From the NCBI RefSeq assembly GCF_002105155.1, contig NW_019029011.1, positions 372,001 to 436,000 on the forward strand: 64,000 nucleotides of DNA. Direction: 5' to 3'. The DNA is from Lobosporangium transversale. Taxonomy: Eukaryota. The position numbers and the translations under genes were made by a program. The notes under the pieces were generated by a model, which was not told where the DNA came from, made no database searches, and worked only from the letters and a program-made list of their open reading frames with translations. Shown in pieces: positions 11,403 through 25,329 of this stretch (the first letter of the stretch is position 1; each line of letters opens with the position of its first letter).

Positions 11403-14101
11403 AATGGCAAGATAAAACAATATCCAAGGAAGAATAGAAGAATAGTATCACTCACTATTTTAGCATGAAATGCCAGTGGTCAAACATGAATGTGGTGATC
11501 AAATTGTCAAAAAATGCATAAAAGTTTCCCTTCTGATAAACAGATCATTGAGGAGGGAGAGTTTAGCGTCGAACTGTTGGGTTGGATAACCACGTTTTTC
11601 TTGAAAATGGCAGGCACAGGATAGACAAGTTTTTGCAGCTTATTGTTACATAAGATTACTAGCTGAGGCCATTTCAGCGACACATCTTCTTCCAAACAAC
11701 TCTCATTTCGTTCTTGGGTTGAATCTGCTCAAAATTCATTTCAATTCATTTCATTGTATCAATCTATCAATACCTAAATCTCATTTCGATTTCAATTTCA
11801 TTTGGTTGATTAGATTTGTTCACATCTAAGTCATACAGGTATTCCTTTTGTTCTATTCGTCTTTTCTTTTCTCTCTCTCACCAACCTCATTTTCTCACTG
11901 TTGCAACCACATTCGTTTAGTTAAGGGTAGCAGTGTATACTGCTGTCTACTTTTTTTACTGCCATAATTATTTATAGCGAACTTTTTCACGTTTTGCAAA
12001 ACCGTCCAAAGCCATTTTCTCATTTACACATTTTATCTTTTTGTGGTTCATCCACTTATCCTTCACTACGCTTCAACAATCTATTTCTGGACGTTGCTAA
12101 CGAATACGGTCAAAGCGCCAGCTGTTGTTTCGGAGTAGCATTTGCAATAAAGGTAAGGAAAGAAAGGCTGCGGAAACAGTTTCTAGTAAGTCAATTTTGA
12201 CTTTCTTTTTGTGTGTGCAGTGAGTGAGTGAGTGAGTGTGGGGAATCAAAAGTAACGCGTCCAATGAATGAAACGCGCGCGCCGCTTTGCTTCTACGATG
12301 AATATGACACACAGTCAAACAACGTTTTGAAATAAGATAACCTGATACAAAAGGGGGTTTCCCAAGCAGGCAGCCTGAAGCCATACGATTGTAAGAGAAA
12401 ATTTTTTTTTAGGGGAAACTCATTTACAGCCCTTGTCGTTTCATTTGTTTCATCTAGATCTTTTCACGGGTGAGAGCAACGCACTTTTTTGGTTTTTGGT
12501 TTTGGTTTTTGTTTACAGTGGGAACTTGCACAAATACACAAGTTGCACAAGATGCTCAGAATGATGTGCCCACACTAGAACAGAAGGACTTTTGTACATT
12601 TTGTCATTGGCCAAGATGCACACGCGGTGCTCTCAGATGATTGTGTCTGTTGTGTTTAGTTTTCGGCAAAATAATGCGTTTAGACGGTAGTCGTTGTCCC
12701 ACTTTTTTTTTTTTTTTTTTTTTTTTTTGCTCACGGTACTGTTCATGTACAAAGCTTGCTATTCCATTTTTTTTTTTTTTTTTTTTTTTTTTGAAGAGAA
12801 GCGAGAGAATCTTTTGGTATATATACATGTACATCTCTTCATCAGTCTTACATCTGCATTTGCAAAGTCTTGCTTCCTCGATCACGTCCATGGGTGCTAC
12901 TTGAACAAGGATTTTATGAACCTTTTTTTTTTTGCTTTGTTTTAAACGAAGAGGAGAAAATATCTGCACTTGTACAAATCGAAGCGGCATGAGGCATGAA
13001 CTTCAACTATTGCAGTCATCTACACCTTTGTATCTCCTTGGTCCGATAACCATTTCTTTTTAACAGATTTAGAAATACTTTTATTGTTGTAAAGATCTTT
13101 CATAAGCAATTTCACAATGTTGTTCCTACATCTGATTATGTTATGCTTTAATATGACCTCAGCGTTCGATAATACCATCTGTAAAGCCTTTATTATTATT
13201 TTTGTGAGCATCTATTCTATTATTTTATTTTTTATTTTTTATTTTTTTTTTGCAATGAGTGTTCTTTCTGTAGCCAAGGGCAATATATATAATATTTGGT
13301 ATAACTGAGCCATCGTATTCTTCCTCAGCTAGTCTTTATTAGGACCAAAAGCCAGTTCAGTGCTTCTCCTATTGCGTGCTATGCTCTATTTACTTCTCCT
13401 TTCTCCTTTCTCCTTTCTCCTTTCTCCTTTCTTTTTTTTTTTTTTTTTTTTTTTTTTACAACAGAACTAATTGAGTAATTTTGGGTCTGCAAAAGTAGCC
13501 ATAGAAGAGATTAAACAAGAAGATGGAAAGAAAGAAAGTTATTGATGCTTGCTGTGGCATGGTAGGCTGTCATAAAAGACGGTTTTTTTTTTTTTTCTTT
13601 TTTGCTGTCATGAAAGCAATTACGATGGTTTGCTTCGCCTCCTGAACCCAGAATGGCTCCCATCTGCCATTTTCGCATTGGGGATATTTTCTTACTCCGC
13701 AGCTAGTCCAGATTTGAGAGAAAGAGGCGCGTAAATTCTGTTGGCAAACAGTTGATAATATTTCTATGGAATAGATGTAATACAAATATATATATATATA
13801 TATATATACAATAGATCATTTATACTTTCCATTTAGAAGATGAATGGCGTCGTGTTGTGCAGGTTGAATTTGTGTTTAGTGTTTGTGTGCATGATGCGAT
13901 TGTCTTGGTGTTTGAAATCTCTCACACCCCTTGTTTTTTTGACACTCCCTGTTTTGAGTCTGTATCATCATCTCATAATCAAACAGAGGGGGCGAGAAGG
14001 GGTAAAACAGCGTCCACACTACATGGTCCTCTACTGTACTTTCATGTTATACATTTTATTCCTGGCGCCACTATATCAGGACAACTATGTCATTGCACTT
14101 T

Positions 14102-14135
<34 letters not shown>

Positions 14136-16095
14136 CTGCAAACAAGCTTTAGAACTGTTTGTTATACCCACTTTATGAACCGCATTAAAAGTGGAGTCGA
14201 CCGTGCCAAAACTAGATTGCATTTCAACGCGTGTTGACCTTCAGCAACACAACAATGCAACAATGCAAAATAAAAAAGGGGGCAAGAGTTATTGGGAAGA
14301 ATCCAGAGTATCGTCCCTCGCTAAGTCCTTATCCTTCTTGGCTTCTAGTCCAAGATGAAGAAAGCTGTTTGTTGTTACCGTTGTTCTGTTGACCATTGAC
14401 TGAATGCGACTGTGCAAAGTCGTTCATCCTCTCTCTTACATATTGATCAAAAAAAAAAGAAGAGCCACATTCTTTGGAGGTATGAGGAAGTATATGATGC
14501 ATGATGGCATGGTTGTATGCTTTACTGAGTCAAGGGGCGGGGCCCTTGCTTGGGATGTTTTGGTCACCAGGATGTGAAGAAACAGTAGAATTGCTCCGAT
14601 AAAACACTCTTGTCAATCTTTTTTTTACTTGAGACTTCTTAATGGCCAAAGCACACACACCACGCTAACTGTACCTGAATTCAGTCTGTACGACTGTCCA
14701 GTTGTAAGACAATTATGGATATAAAAAGTATACATTTTGTTTATATTTAATAACCTAATGTGTATATATTCTTTTTACGTACAATTATTTATCTTTATTG
14801 TATATCTGTATATATAAATATACATCTTTATAATATATGAATGTACAGCTGCATTCACTGCACGTTACTACCAATAACTACGTAGTATTATATACATGTA
14901 TAATGTAATAACTGTATAAATATTAGAGTTTTTTGAATGGGGGAAATACACACCATCAGCAGACATATTGTGTACAATTCGAGATCTATAAGCGATGCAT
15001 TCTTGTATAAGGCCACGGTCGGGGGAGAGCTTGTAGTTTTGATCGACATTGTCATCCACTTTCTCTCTCCGTTGAGGAGGCAAAAAAAAAAAAGATGACA
15101 GACAACCGTTACTGAAAAAAAAAAAAAAAAAAAAAAAAAACAATCACTGTACCCTACGCCTCTTTATTCCTGTATTAATTTGCTTGTGATTTATTTCTAT
15201 TCTTTTTTTTTTTTTTTTTCCTTTTCTCTTTTCTTGTTCTGTTCTCCTCATTTCTCCTACCAAAATCTATTCCTTCTTGTCTTTGTCTCCTAATCACCCT
15301 TCCTTTCCTTCCTTTTTCCTTTTCATTAATAGATTTTTTTTTTTGGTCTTGTAGTTCTACAACGGAAACATTTTTTACTCTGCCTTTACTCTGTCTAGCA
15401 TCGTCAGTAGCATCGTTAGCAACATCGTCACCATCAGTATCATCGTCATCATTATCATCACTCCAAGCGCATCTCAAGAACACCTCCTTTTCCCGATCTG
15501 CCCAATAGAAAAAGAATCCATCCGCCTTTTTTATCTTTTCCCTTTTCCAACCTTTTGCCTTCACTGTTTCTTTTTATCTGTTGATTTTGCCTTTGCTCTC
15601 ACAGCCGTAGCCTTTTTTACTTCTTCTTTCTCCATCATCACAACAACGACCCTAATCCCCCTTCCTTCCCTCCTCTTCCTCCTTCTCCTTGCAAAACATC
15701 ATCACCATCTCAACTCATCCTAGACCAGGACCCGTCTTTTGCTCGTTACTCTCCTTTTTTTCCTCTTCGATTTGATATCCCTTCTAGTCTTTGTCTCCCT
15801 TTTTTATTATTGTTATTATTACTATTATTATTACTATTATTATTTTGAATGCTTTAATCATCCACATTGGTCTTTATATCGACTAATTTACTCTATCCTG
15901 TGCTTCTTGGACCACTGTTGGCATTCGACATTGTTCTACTTCTTTTTCTCCTGTTTTATTTTTATTTATTTTCCTTATTTTGCATCCGCTGCTGTCTGAT
16001 TCACTTTTCCAATTCCAGCGATCTTCGAACCCGGGGTATTTTTTCTACTTCACAACGTATTCGACCGCCTAAATCCCATTCTCAAAAAATTACAG

Positions 16096-16377
16096 GTAAT
16101 ACAATTATACTTCTACCTTTTTTTTATTTTTTTTTTTTATTTTTTTGATCATAGTAGTATCGGTGCATCGGTACAGGAGTTTTGTATCTCAAATTATGGG
16201 CTTTACTTTTTTACTGACGCTCTTTTAACAATATTTCTCCGATCTTGGGTCTTTGTTTCTCACTTCCCGTCCTTGCTTAATTATTTTTCTTTTGGTCAAT
16301 TTGTAAACAACTCAACCGACAACTATCATCTCTTCCGTATACGCAACCTCGCATCTTTTTTGAACTAATTTATTTAG
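16096..16377 (+). other. Probable 5'UTR intron of STE12
   Basis: CAG|GTAATA donor, ACTAAT branch at ~16364 and TTTAG acceptor 48 nt before the ATG. Confidence 0.55.
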
Positions 16378-16425
16378 GTCCGAAAGCTTTGCCAGATAAG
16401 CTTGGTTTTCCCATAATCATTCACT

Positions 16426-17570
16426 ATGTTGACCGCTACATCCAGGCGCCAGGATTTCTTTGTCCAACAACAGCAACAACAGCAACAACAGCAACAACAG
16501 CACTCACATAGTCAAATCCAATCTCAACATCAACAGCAATATCCATCATCACAAGGATCTGTACAACAACCACAACAACATTCATTACATGGTCAACATC
16601 TCTCACATCCTCAACAACACCAGCAGCACCTACAACAATTGCAACATCACCATCAATTGCAGCAAACGCAGCAACAACAACAGGATCAGCAACAATTGCA
16701 GCAGCAAGTACAGACACTGCAACAACTACAGCATCAAAATGAGCATCAGAATATCCTCCTGAGCGATTCCCTTGCTCTGAGCACAGCCTCTGCATCAAGA
16801 ATTGATGAAATTGATCGATTGAGTGTCTTTCTGACAACTGCCCCAACTTATCAGATGGAAATCTCAAAGTTCCTGTTACCGACCGGCGAAACGATATCTT
16901 GTGTCCTTTGGAACGAGCTTTACCATATAACCGGCACGGACATTGTACGCTCCCTGGTCTCGCGATTTGAAAGCTTTGGTCGCCCTGTACGCAATATTAA
17001 AAAGTTTGAGGAGGGTGTCTTCTCTGACCTTCGAAACCTCAAGCCTGGTGCCGATGCCTGTCTTGAAGAACCCAAATCACCCTTTTTGGAGATGTTATAC
17101 CGTAACAACTGTATTCGAACACAGAAAAAGCAAAAAGTGTTTTACTGGTACTCTGTACCTCATGATAGACTTTTCCTTGATGCTATGGAGCGTGATCTCA
17201 AACGTGAGCAAGCAGGAACAGAGCCAACCTCTCAAGCAGTGGCCGAGCCCGCCTTGTCCTGCACTCTGGAGACAGTTCGTGATCTGGTTGAGCGTTTGTC
17301 TCGAAGAACAATTGAGATGAATACCATTACCGAGACACTTCAGAGCTTTACGCCGGATGGAGTCGCTCCCATGAGTCGCCAGCTTCCTGCAGCCATCTCC
17401 CCTTCAGCTACTTCACCCACTCAAGCACAGCTTGTACCGGAAGGTGCAGTATCGTCAGCAACATCGACCACAGTTATTCGTAACGACAGCAACGGAGCAT
17501 CAATCAACGAGATGCGAAGAGGATTCCAGCATGGTCATCCATTTGATGATATTGGGTATGTAAAACAATT

Positions 17571-17601
<31 letters not shown>

Positions 17602-19280
17602 ATTTTTTCCTTCTTCTGAGACCAAATGAAAGACAAACGTGTATTCATTGTTTGCAATAACGCATATTTCTTAGATCGGATGACAATTCTGAATCCAAAG
17701 TGCCCATTGATACTGATGGCTCCCATAATATTGGATCAGAAGTCATGAGCCACCCCTCAGATACGAATGCAGGCCTTTTCGGTTCTTTTACGCTGTTTGA
17801 GGGATCACCTACATACAAGAAACGACGTAGGCGTTCCACTGCCAATCCTTCAATGCTCTCGGAACAAATCGAACGAGGTTCAGATATCATCAACAGCAAA
17901 GGAGTTTTGCACAGTGAGGGACAAAATGGTACCTTTGACTTGGATCAAGATTTAGCTGACAGATACCTGGATGGTAATACTGGCCATAAGAGTGGCCAAG
18001 TTGGCAGCTTCATGCAAGATTCAACTAGACCCATCCATCATAAAGGATCTGCTTCCATATCATCACTTCCATCTCTTCATGGAGGAACTTCTTCCCATTC
18101 TTCCCATTCTTCTCGTTCATATGCATGCCCTGTACAGCCATGTGGTCGTCTATTTAAGCGTTTGGAGCATTTAAAACGTCATTGGAGGACGCATACTCTG
18201 GAGCGTCCCTACGCTTGCAACATCTGCTCAAAGCGGTTTTCACGTAGCGACAATCTCGCTGCTCATCGTAAAACTCATGACAAACCATCTTGGGCTAATG
18301 ACGAAGACTCGTCTGCTCCTCGTGCAGACACTGAACTGGAGACTGACCTTGAGGGTGATGAGCAGGATAATGACGAACATCGGAGGGCATCTAAAGGGTA
18401 CGCTTCTGACCATAGTGTAGTTAGGAAGCGTCGTCGTATGCATAAGGAACGTGGTATGGAGTCCATGAGCGAACGTGAGAGCCTAAGTGGTCTCAGCAGC
18501 GGTGATGAAGATGAAGATTCAAGCATGCTCAACATGATGCGTCTATCATCCTTGAATCAGGAGCAGCAGCAGCAATATCTGCTTCAGCAGCACCGTCAAC
18601 CCCACGCCAAAGCAACAACACCTCTGCTTCAAGCCCAGCACCCTCCTTATGCTCTCAGTAGCCAGCGCCCGAGCGTGTTTCCCGAGCTTGCTAGTCAGAA
18701 TTTCATGCCAGCAATGGCCATGATGACTGCCAATCAACCATATCCACACTATGTAGCAGCTGGTCCGCTCTCCGCTGGCTTTGGTGGCTTCATTGCAAAC
18801 CAACCAGTCCCGCCTCCATTGTATACGCTGGATGAAGAAGAAGAGGACGAAAGCGAGGAAATCTCAGACATGGAGAAGCTCCGATATCAGTATGAATACA
18901 ACATCAAGGCCGCTATTGACTCGACTCCAGTGTTGTCTGAAGTAACCAAGATGATGAATTCGCCTTATGGCGCAGCATTTGGCTATGGGAGTGTCATGAC
19001 CGATTATGCGCCATATGGTGCATACCCGCTTGCCACTCCCATTGGTCTTGGAGGTCGATTTCCGTTTGACTCTACAGCAGCAGCGTCAGCAGCATCAGCA
19101 AACTTCTTGGCGACCTCGATGGTCCCTTCATCTTCTGCTTCGTCTGCTTCGGTTGCGACCTCAAACTCTGGTGCTCCGTCCAATTTCCCAATTGTACATG
19201 CTACGGCTCTGCCGCCTTCGCACCATCATCAAGAGTACCTTGAGTTTACGCTTGGAAGTATGCTTCCAACATCGGTTTAG
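16426..19280 (+). CDS. STE12: Ste12-like transcription factor (STE domain + two C2H2 zinc fingers)
   Basis: STE domain (CVLWNELYHITGTDIVR, KKFEEGVFSDLRNLKPG, NCIRTQKKQKVFYWYSVPHDRLFLDA) and zinc fingers CPVQPC..HLKRH and CNIC..FSRSDNLAAH. PolyQ N-terminus; one intron at ~17556-17673. Confidence 0.95.
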
Positions 19281-19718
19281 ACTCCCATAGGGTCTTTTTT
19301 TCTTTTTAGTGCTCCCGAAAATTTTTATTTACAACTTTCTCCACTTGTACAGAATCAACGTAAAATTAAAAAGCAACGATATTTATTACTGTACTATAAT
19401 ATACAAATATACAAATGATCTTTATAAAAAGTTCTTTTCTTGCAAAAAGTTGTCATTAAGTTTAATTCCATTACAGTCACGCGGCAAAAGTTATTGACGA
19501 ATTACGTTATGAGGTTGAGCTCAGTAAATGATTTGTAAACTAACGTTATCAGTTTCTCTTGTAGTGTTTTCCCCAATTCATCATTAAGATCTTCTCTGAG
19601 ATTAGGAAAGACCTTTGGGTGTTTCAAATCTTTACTTTTTTTCCTGTTTAAAAAAAGCCAGCCGTTTCTTTATGCATATTTAAATATGGTTTGTGGATTG
19701 CAAATACTCGACGCATCT

Positions 19719-19749
<31 letters not shown>

Positions 19750-20338
19750 GGTAATATCCTTGAAGGTGGTTCTCTTTTGTTCCTTGGAGTAGCGCACAAT
19801 GCTCTTGAAAGCTTGCTCATTTAGCACTTTGGGTTGCCTTGAAGTCGGAGCGCGAACAGTGATTGGGACGCTTAGATAATACCCCGAGTCATTGATCTGA
19901 GAACACGGTTATTCATGCATTTTCAACGATTACACATCTATTCTTGGTTTCTAAATTTTTGGGCACGGCGGATTTTCAATGGAAAAGAAAGAACAGAGAC
20001 GATGCTTTACTATTTATTCCCTGCTTGACAATTTTGCCAGGGTGCCAATTAAGCTTAAGTGACTGCGAAATTTAAGAGGACGCCAAATAACGGCGCCAAC
20101 CCAGGTTGTCAAAAGGACTCTATAGCCTTTGTCATGTGCCTATTCAGGCAAGCAAATGAATGGTATGAGCGTCCAGCCTAAGGAAAATGTGTAAGCACCA
20201 AAGTCCGGGACTCAAAAAGCTCCTTTCTCGTCGCCTGAATGTCTGGCTGTGGAAGTTTTAGTCACGTGATGAAAGATACAGCAAGATGGTAAACAGCCTG
20301 TGTGTTGATCGACGCTCCCATTCTTTAAGCAGCGAGTT

Positions 20339-22594
20339 ATGACATCAGATCTTAAACCGACAAAGTCGCCAGCACGGGGCAAAGGACAGGGCACCCAGCC
20401 TGTCATGACTCAAAGGTCACTTCTCTCATTCTTCGGTACATCTACCCCTATATGTGCCACCAACGATAATGGAGCTGACATGGCTCCCACTTCTCCACAA
20501 GACATGCTGAATGAAGCATCATTATCAGGATCAACGACATCAGACTCTATTCTCCGGACACCTGTCAAGAGTAGTAATAAAAAGGATGATAAACAGGTAA
20601 ACATATTCTCACTCGAGTCGCCGTCGCCCTTATTCTCAACAGATGAAGCTGTTTTGCGAAGCTCTTCAAAACGCAAAACAATAGACCTTGAAGAGGATGA
20701 AAATGAACAGATGAGTCCCTTGACAAGGGATGAATCGCGATCGGTCAAGAAGTTTGCAGCTGCCGTCAAGAATTTGTCGCTCAACTCACCTGTTCGAAAA
20801 CTGCGTCCGGAAGATTTTAAAGATGATAATAACAATGAAGACAATGTGGTGACGGGACAGGCGTCAGGCACGAGACGATCGGTAAGTTTATTTCGAGAAC
20901 ATCTTTTAAATAAAAAAAGCATACTACTGAGCTTCTGGCCCCAAGGGACATTAAATAATTATTATAATGATCAATTGGATACAATTAGAGCCGAGGCATT
21001 AGAAGGATTCATTATGCAATATCGGACGAAGAAGGCGAGGATGATGGCCATGTAGGAACGGCCAAGAAAACTGAAGCTCTTAGGAAGAATAGAGTCAACT
21101 ATGATGATGAAGATTCGGAATACGAAGCACCGGCTGCATTACCTGAGGATGACTTTAATATGGACATCGGTATGATAATTTTTAATCCGGATCCCGGTAT
21201 CGTCATGATAATATAGGGATACTGTTTAAAAACGGCTGTTTGATTTTACAGTTATTAAAAATACATCCTTATCCTTTTAACAGATGAAGCAGATCTGGAT
21301 GATAGCCTTCTTGAAGACGATGACGATGCTCCACCATCGCCTACACGTCATAAGCAGCCTATCTTAAAAAACAATCCACAGCAATCTGTATCAGCCAAGC
21401 CCGTAGCTACGGCCAGTATCTTTAATAAACCAGCATCCTCTCCAAGTAAATCAACATCATCACCAGCGCGTCCCACACTCTTACTCAAAGACGATAAAAA
21501 GAAGGAGCGTGCTGCCAAATTTGAAGAAGCAAATACCGGCCGATATAGATGGCTTCTGGATATTAGGGATGCAGAAAAAAACCCTATTGGTAGGTTAACT
21601 TGTTCATTCATTATAATTTGACATAGCAGAAGCAGCAATGTGAAAATAAAAACTTTTCTAATTGCATAGAATACGTTTTTCCTTATTTGGAAAATAGGTT
21701 CTCCAAACTATGATCCCAGGACGCTCTATGTTCCCGATGATGCATGGAAGAAATTTACAGAATTCGAGCGTCAGTTTTGGGAAATCAAGTCGAAACATTT
21801 TGACTCTATTGTGTTTTTCAAAAAGGGCAAATTTTACGAGCTGTACGAGAACGATGCTGACATTGGACACCAACAATTTGATCTCAAGCTCACAGATCGA
21901 ACCAATATGCGTATGGTCGGCGTACCCGAGTCAAGTTTTGAATACTGGGCTGCACAGTTCATTGCCAAGGGCTATAAGGTTGCAAGAGTCGATCAGATGG
22001 AGACCGCACTTGGCAAGGCTATGCGTGAGCGTGATGGAGCCATTTCAAAGGCTTCAGCACAAAAAGTCATCCATCGAGAGCTACATTCGATTCTGACAGC
22101 AGGAACTCTCACAGATTCAGGGCTTTTGACCAACGAGATGGCGACATATTGCATGGCTATCAAGGAATTGACCAGACAAGGAGCGGAGCATTTGCCTACG
22201 CAGTTTGGAATTGCATTTGTTGACACTTCAACAGCTGAATTCAACCTAGCAACGTTCTACGATGACATGGATAGAACTAAATTTGAGACCTTAATAACTC
22301 AGATTAAACCAAAAGAGATTGTTGTTGAAAAGGGTGGTCTGAGTATGAGAAGCATTCGGATCTTGAAAAACAGCCTAGGTCCCAATACTATCTGGAACCA
22401 TCTGCGGCCGGTATCAGAGTTTTTTGATGAGGTCACAGCACTCGATGAGATTAGGATTCGCGAATACTTTGGCCCTAATACCCCAGGAACAGTGGCCACA
22501 GAATGCTGGCCATCTGCCCTACAGAAAATGTGCGACTGTGCCCCAGTAATGAGTGCACTAGGCGGTTTAATTTGGTATCTGAGATCGGTAAGCG

Positions 22595-22631
<37 letters not shown>

Positions 22632-23155
22632 GCAGGACAATTTAATGTCCTAACTTCATCAACTTTGGCGAAATGGACTAAATTTGTTGATTCTTTTCCG
22701 TGCTTCCTATATTCTATTAGTTGAAACTGGATGAAGAGTTGTTGTCCTTTAAGAATTTTCACATTTACGATCCTGTTCGTCAGGCATCAACACTCATCTT
22801 GGATGGACAAACTCTCTCAAATTTGGAGGTTTTCCAAAATAACAGTGATGGCACGGAAGCTGGCACAGTTTTTCGACTTCTCAACCGGTGTGTTACGCCA
22901 TTTGGCAAGCGGCTCTTCCGTCGCTGGCTCTGTCACCCCTTGAGATCGAGCTCTGCCATCTCTGCACGACTGGATGCTGTTGAAGACTTAATGCGCGTAC
23001 CTGGATTTTTGGAGCTATTTGAGGAAAAATGTGTGAGGTTTCCAGACCTTGAGCGTATCGTGAGTCGAATCCACGCGGGTTCATGCAAAGTTTCAGAGTT
23101 TCTCGTTGTCCTTTCGACATTCCGAACTATAATCGTAAGTTTTTTACTATTTTTA

Positions 23156-23206
<51 letters not shown>

Positions 23207-25044
23207 AGGGAGAGTATGGGAACGGACTATGAACTAATACCTGGCGCTAAAATAGGATACAACACGTCGACTGAGCTCATATACAGAGCAGTTCAAATCA
23301 AAGAAGCTTGAGTCTGTTCTTGCGGAGATGCCTAACTTAACTCCATATCTCGACTATTTTAATGAAGCTTTTGACCAGAACCTTGCGGCAACAGAAGGTG
23401 ATATTGTCCCTTACCCCGGCTTTGCTACAGATTATGATTCCAACAACGAAGATTTTAAACAGCTTGCTTCTGAGTTTGCAGAACATCTTGAGAAGGCCAA
23501 ACGCCTGTTAAAGACAACCAAAGTTATTTATAAGGATCTCGGTAAAGAAATATATCAGATTGAGGTGTCCAATAAGGTGGCTGTCCCTAAGAACTGGAAA
23601 AAAATGTCGGGAACGAACGCTGTTAGTCGATACTATAACCCTGAGCTAATCGCCCTTGTCAACAGACTGCAAGAGGCTAAAGAAACTAAGAGTGCCATTA
23701 TGAAAGAGCTTCAAGGCCGTTTGTATTCTAAATTTGATGAGAACTTCAAGGACTGGCTAAAAGCTGTCAAAATCATGGCAGAGATCGACTGTCTTGGATC
23801 GTTGTCAAAGAGTAGCTCAGCTCTTGGTTGTAAGTGTTTTTGCTCTTCAAAAGATCTTAAAATGCTTCTTCGTCTTATATTCAAATGGATTTGTTTTCCT
23901 TTCTGTTTTCTCAGCGCCTGCTTGTCGACCAGAGTTTGTGGAGAGCGAGCAATCAGTCTTGGAGCTCGAGGGAATGCGCCATCCATGTGTTATTCCAGGT
24001 ATCGCTTCTGATTTTATCCCAAATGACACGGTTCTCGGCGGAAATAGCGCCAACTTAATTCTCTTGACAGGACCCAATATGGGAGGTAAATCAACCTTGC
24101 TTCGGCAGGTAAGCAGTTAATATGTGATCTATAAGGCTAGGATGGTATTGTTGTTTTGAATCATGATTGTTTTCTATCCGCATATCGTAATATCTGACGG
24201 CTATTACATTTTTGATGTGCCTTAGACTTGTATCGCGATTATCATGGCCCAGCTAGGGTGCTATGTTCCTGCTGAGAAGTGTAGATTGACGCCCTTTGAC
24301 CGGATTTTTACTCGTATTGGAGCTAACGACAATATCCTGGCTGGACAATCAACATTCATGGTAGAGCTCTCAGAAACATCCAAGATTTTAGCCGAGGCTA
24401 CTGACCAGTCAATGGTGATTCTGGATGAGCTGGGACGAGGTACAAGCACATTTGATGGGTATGCAATTGCATACTCTGTTCTTCATGAGTTATCGACTCG
24501 AATCGGATGTCTGGGATTATTTTCAACGCATTATGGTACGCTTACGACAGAGTTTGAGCGGGATCCAAATGTGGCATTGAAGCACATGGCATGCCAGGTG
24601 GACCAGACCAATCGCGAAGTAACCTTTTTGTATAAGCTCATCGACGGAGTATGCGAAAAGTCGTATGGTATGAATGTTGCTCATATGGCAGGTGTACCTC
24701 GCAAGATTGTGGATCGAGCTGAAGAGATGGCAGAGGCATTCGAGCTTAAGCAGGAAACAAAATGGAAGGAGGAGAAACATTTGATGCGAGGCACCAAGAA
24801 TGTAGGACAAGGCATAATCATGGATTTGGCCTACTTGCTCAGTCGTGTCGACTATGATCATACAAAAAAGAATCAAAAGAATGCAACGATGGGTATCAAC
24901 GAAGGCGGCCAAGGTGGAGCAGCAGCAGCAGCAGATCATGACGATGGTTCCGTAATCCCTCTGAGGGCCAGGGCCCGACATCTATCAAAAGAGCAAGAGT
25001 CAAAAGTTCTAAGACGCATCTTTAAGAGCATGGCCTGTTTGTAA
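20339..25044 (+). CDS. MSH6: DNA mismatch repair protein MSH6 (8 exons)
   Basis: YDPRTLYVP, the mismatch-binding FFKKGKFYELYENDA, Walker A GPNMGGKST, STFMVEL, DELGRGTSTFDG, and an N-terminal PIP-like QRSLLSFF. Confidence 0.96.
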
Positions 25045-25329
25045 AACAAAAAAAAAAAAAAAAAAGTACTATAAATAAAAAGAATAAAAGGATTACAAAG
25101 TTATTACTGGTTGTCCAAAACAATTAGTTTTTTGGACAAGTGAGTCTCCTATGTTAGGGCAACGTAAACATCTGAAGTAACATTACATTTCGATTGCTTT
25201 GAATTATTCTCTTTCTTTGTATACGCTTATTCTTCGACCGAAAACTTTATTTAATCGACAAAACTGCTGTTACAGCTCCATCATTACATCATTTTTTCTT
25301 TTGATTCCGATTACTATTTGTTTAGTGGT

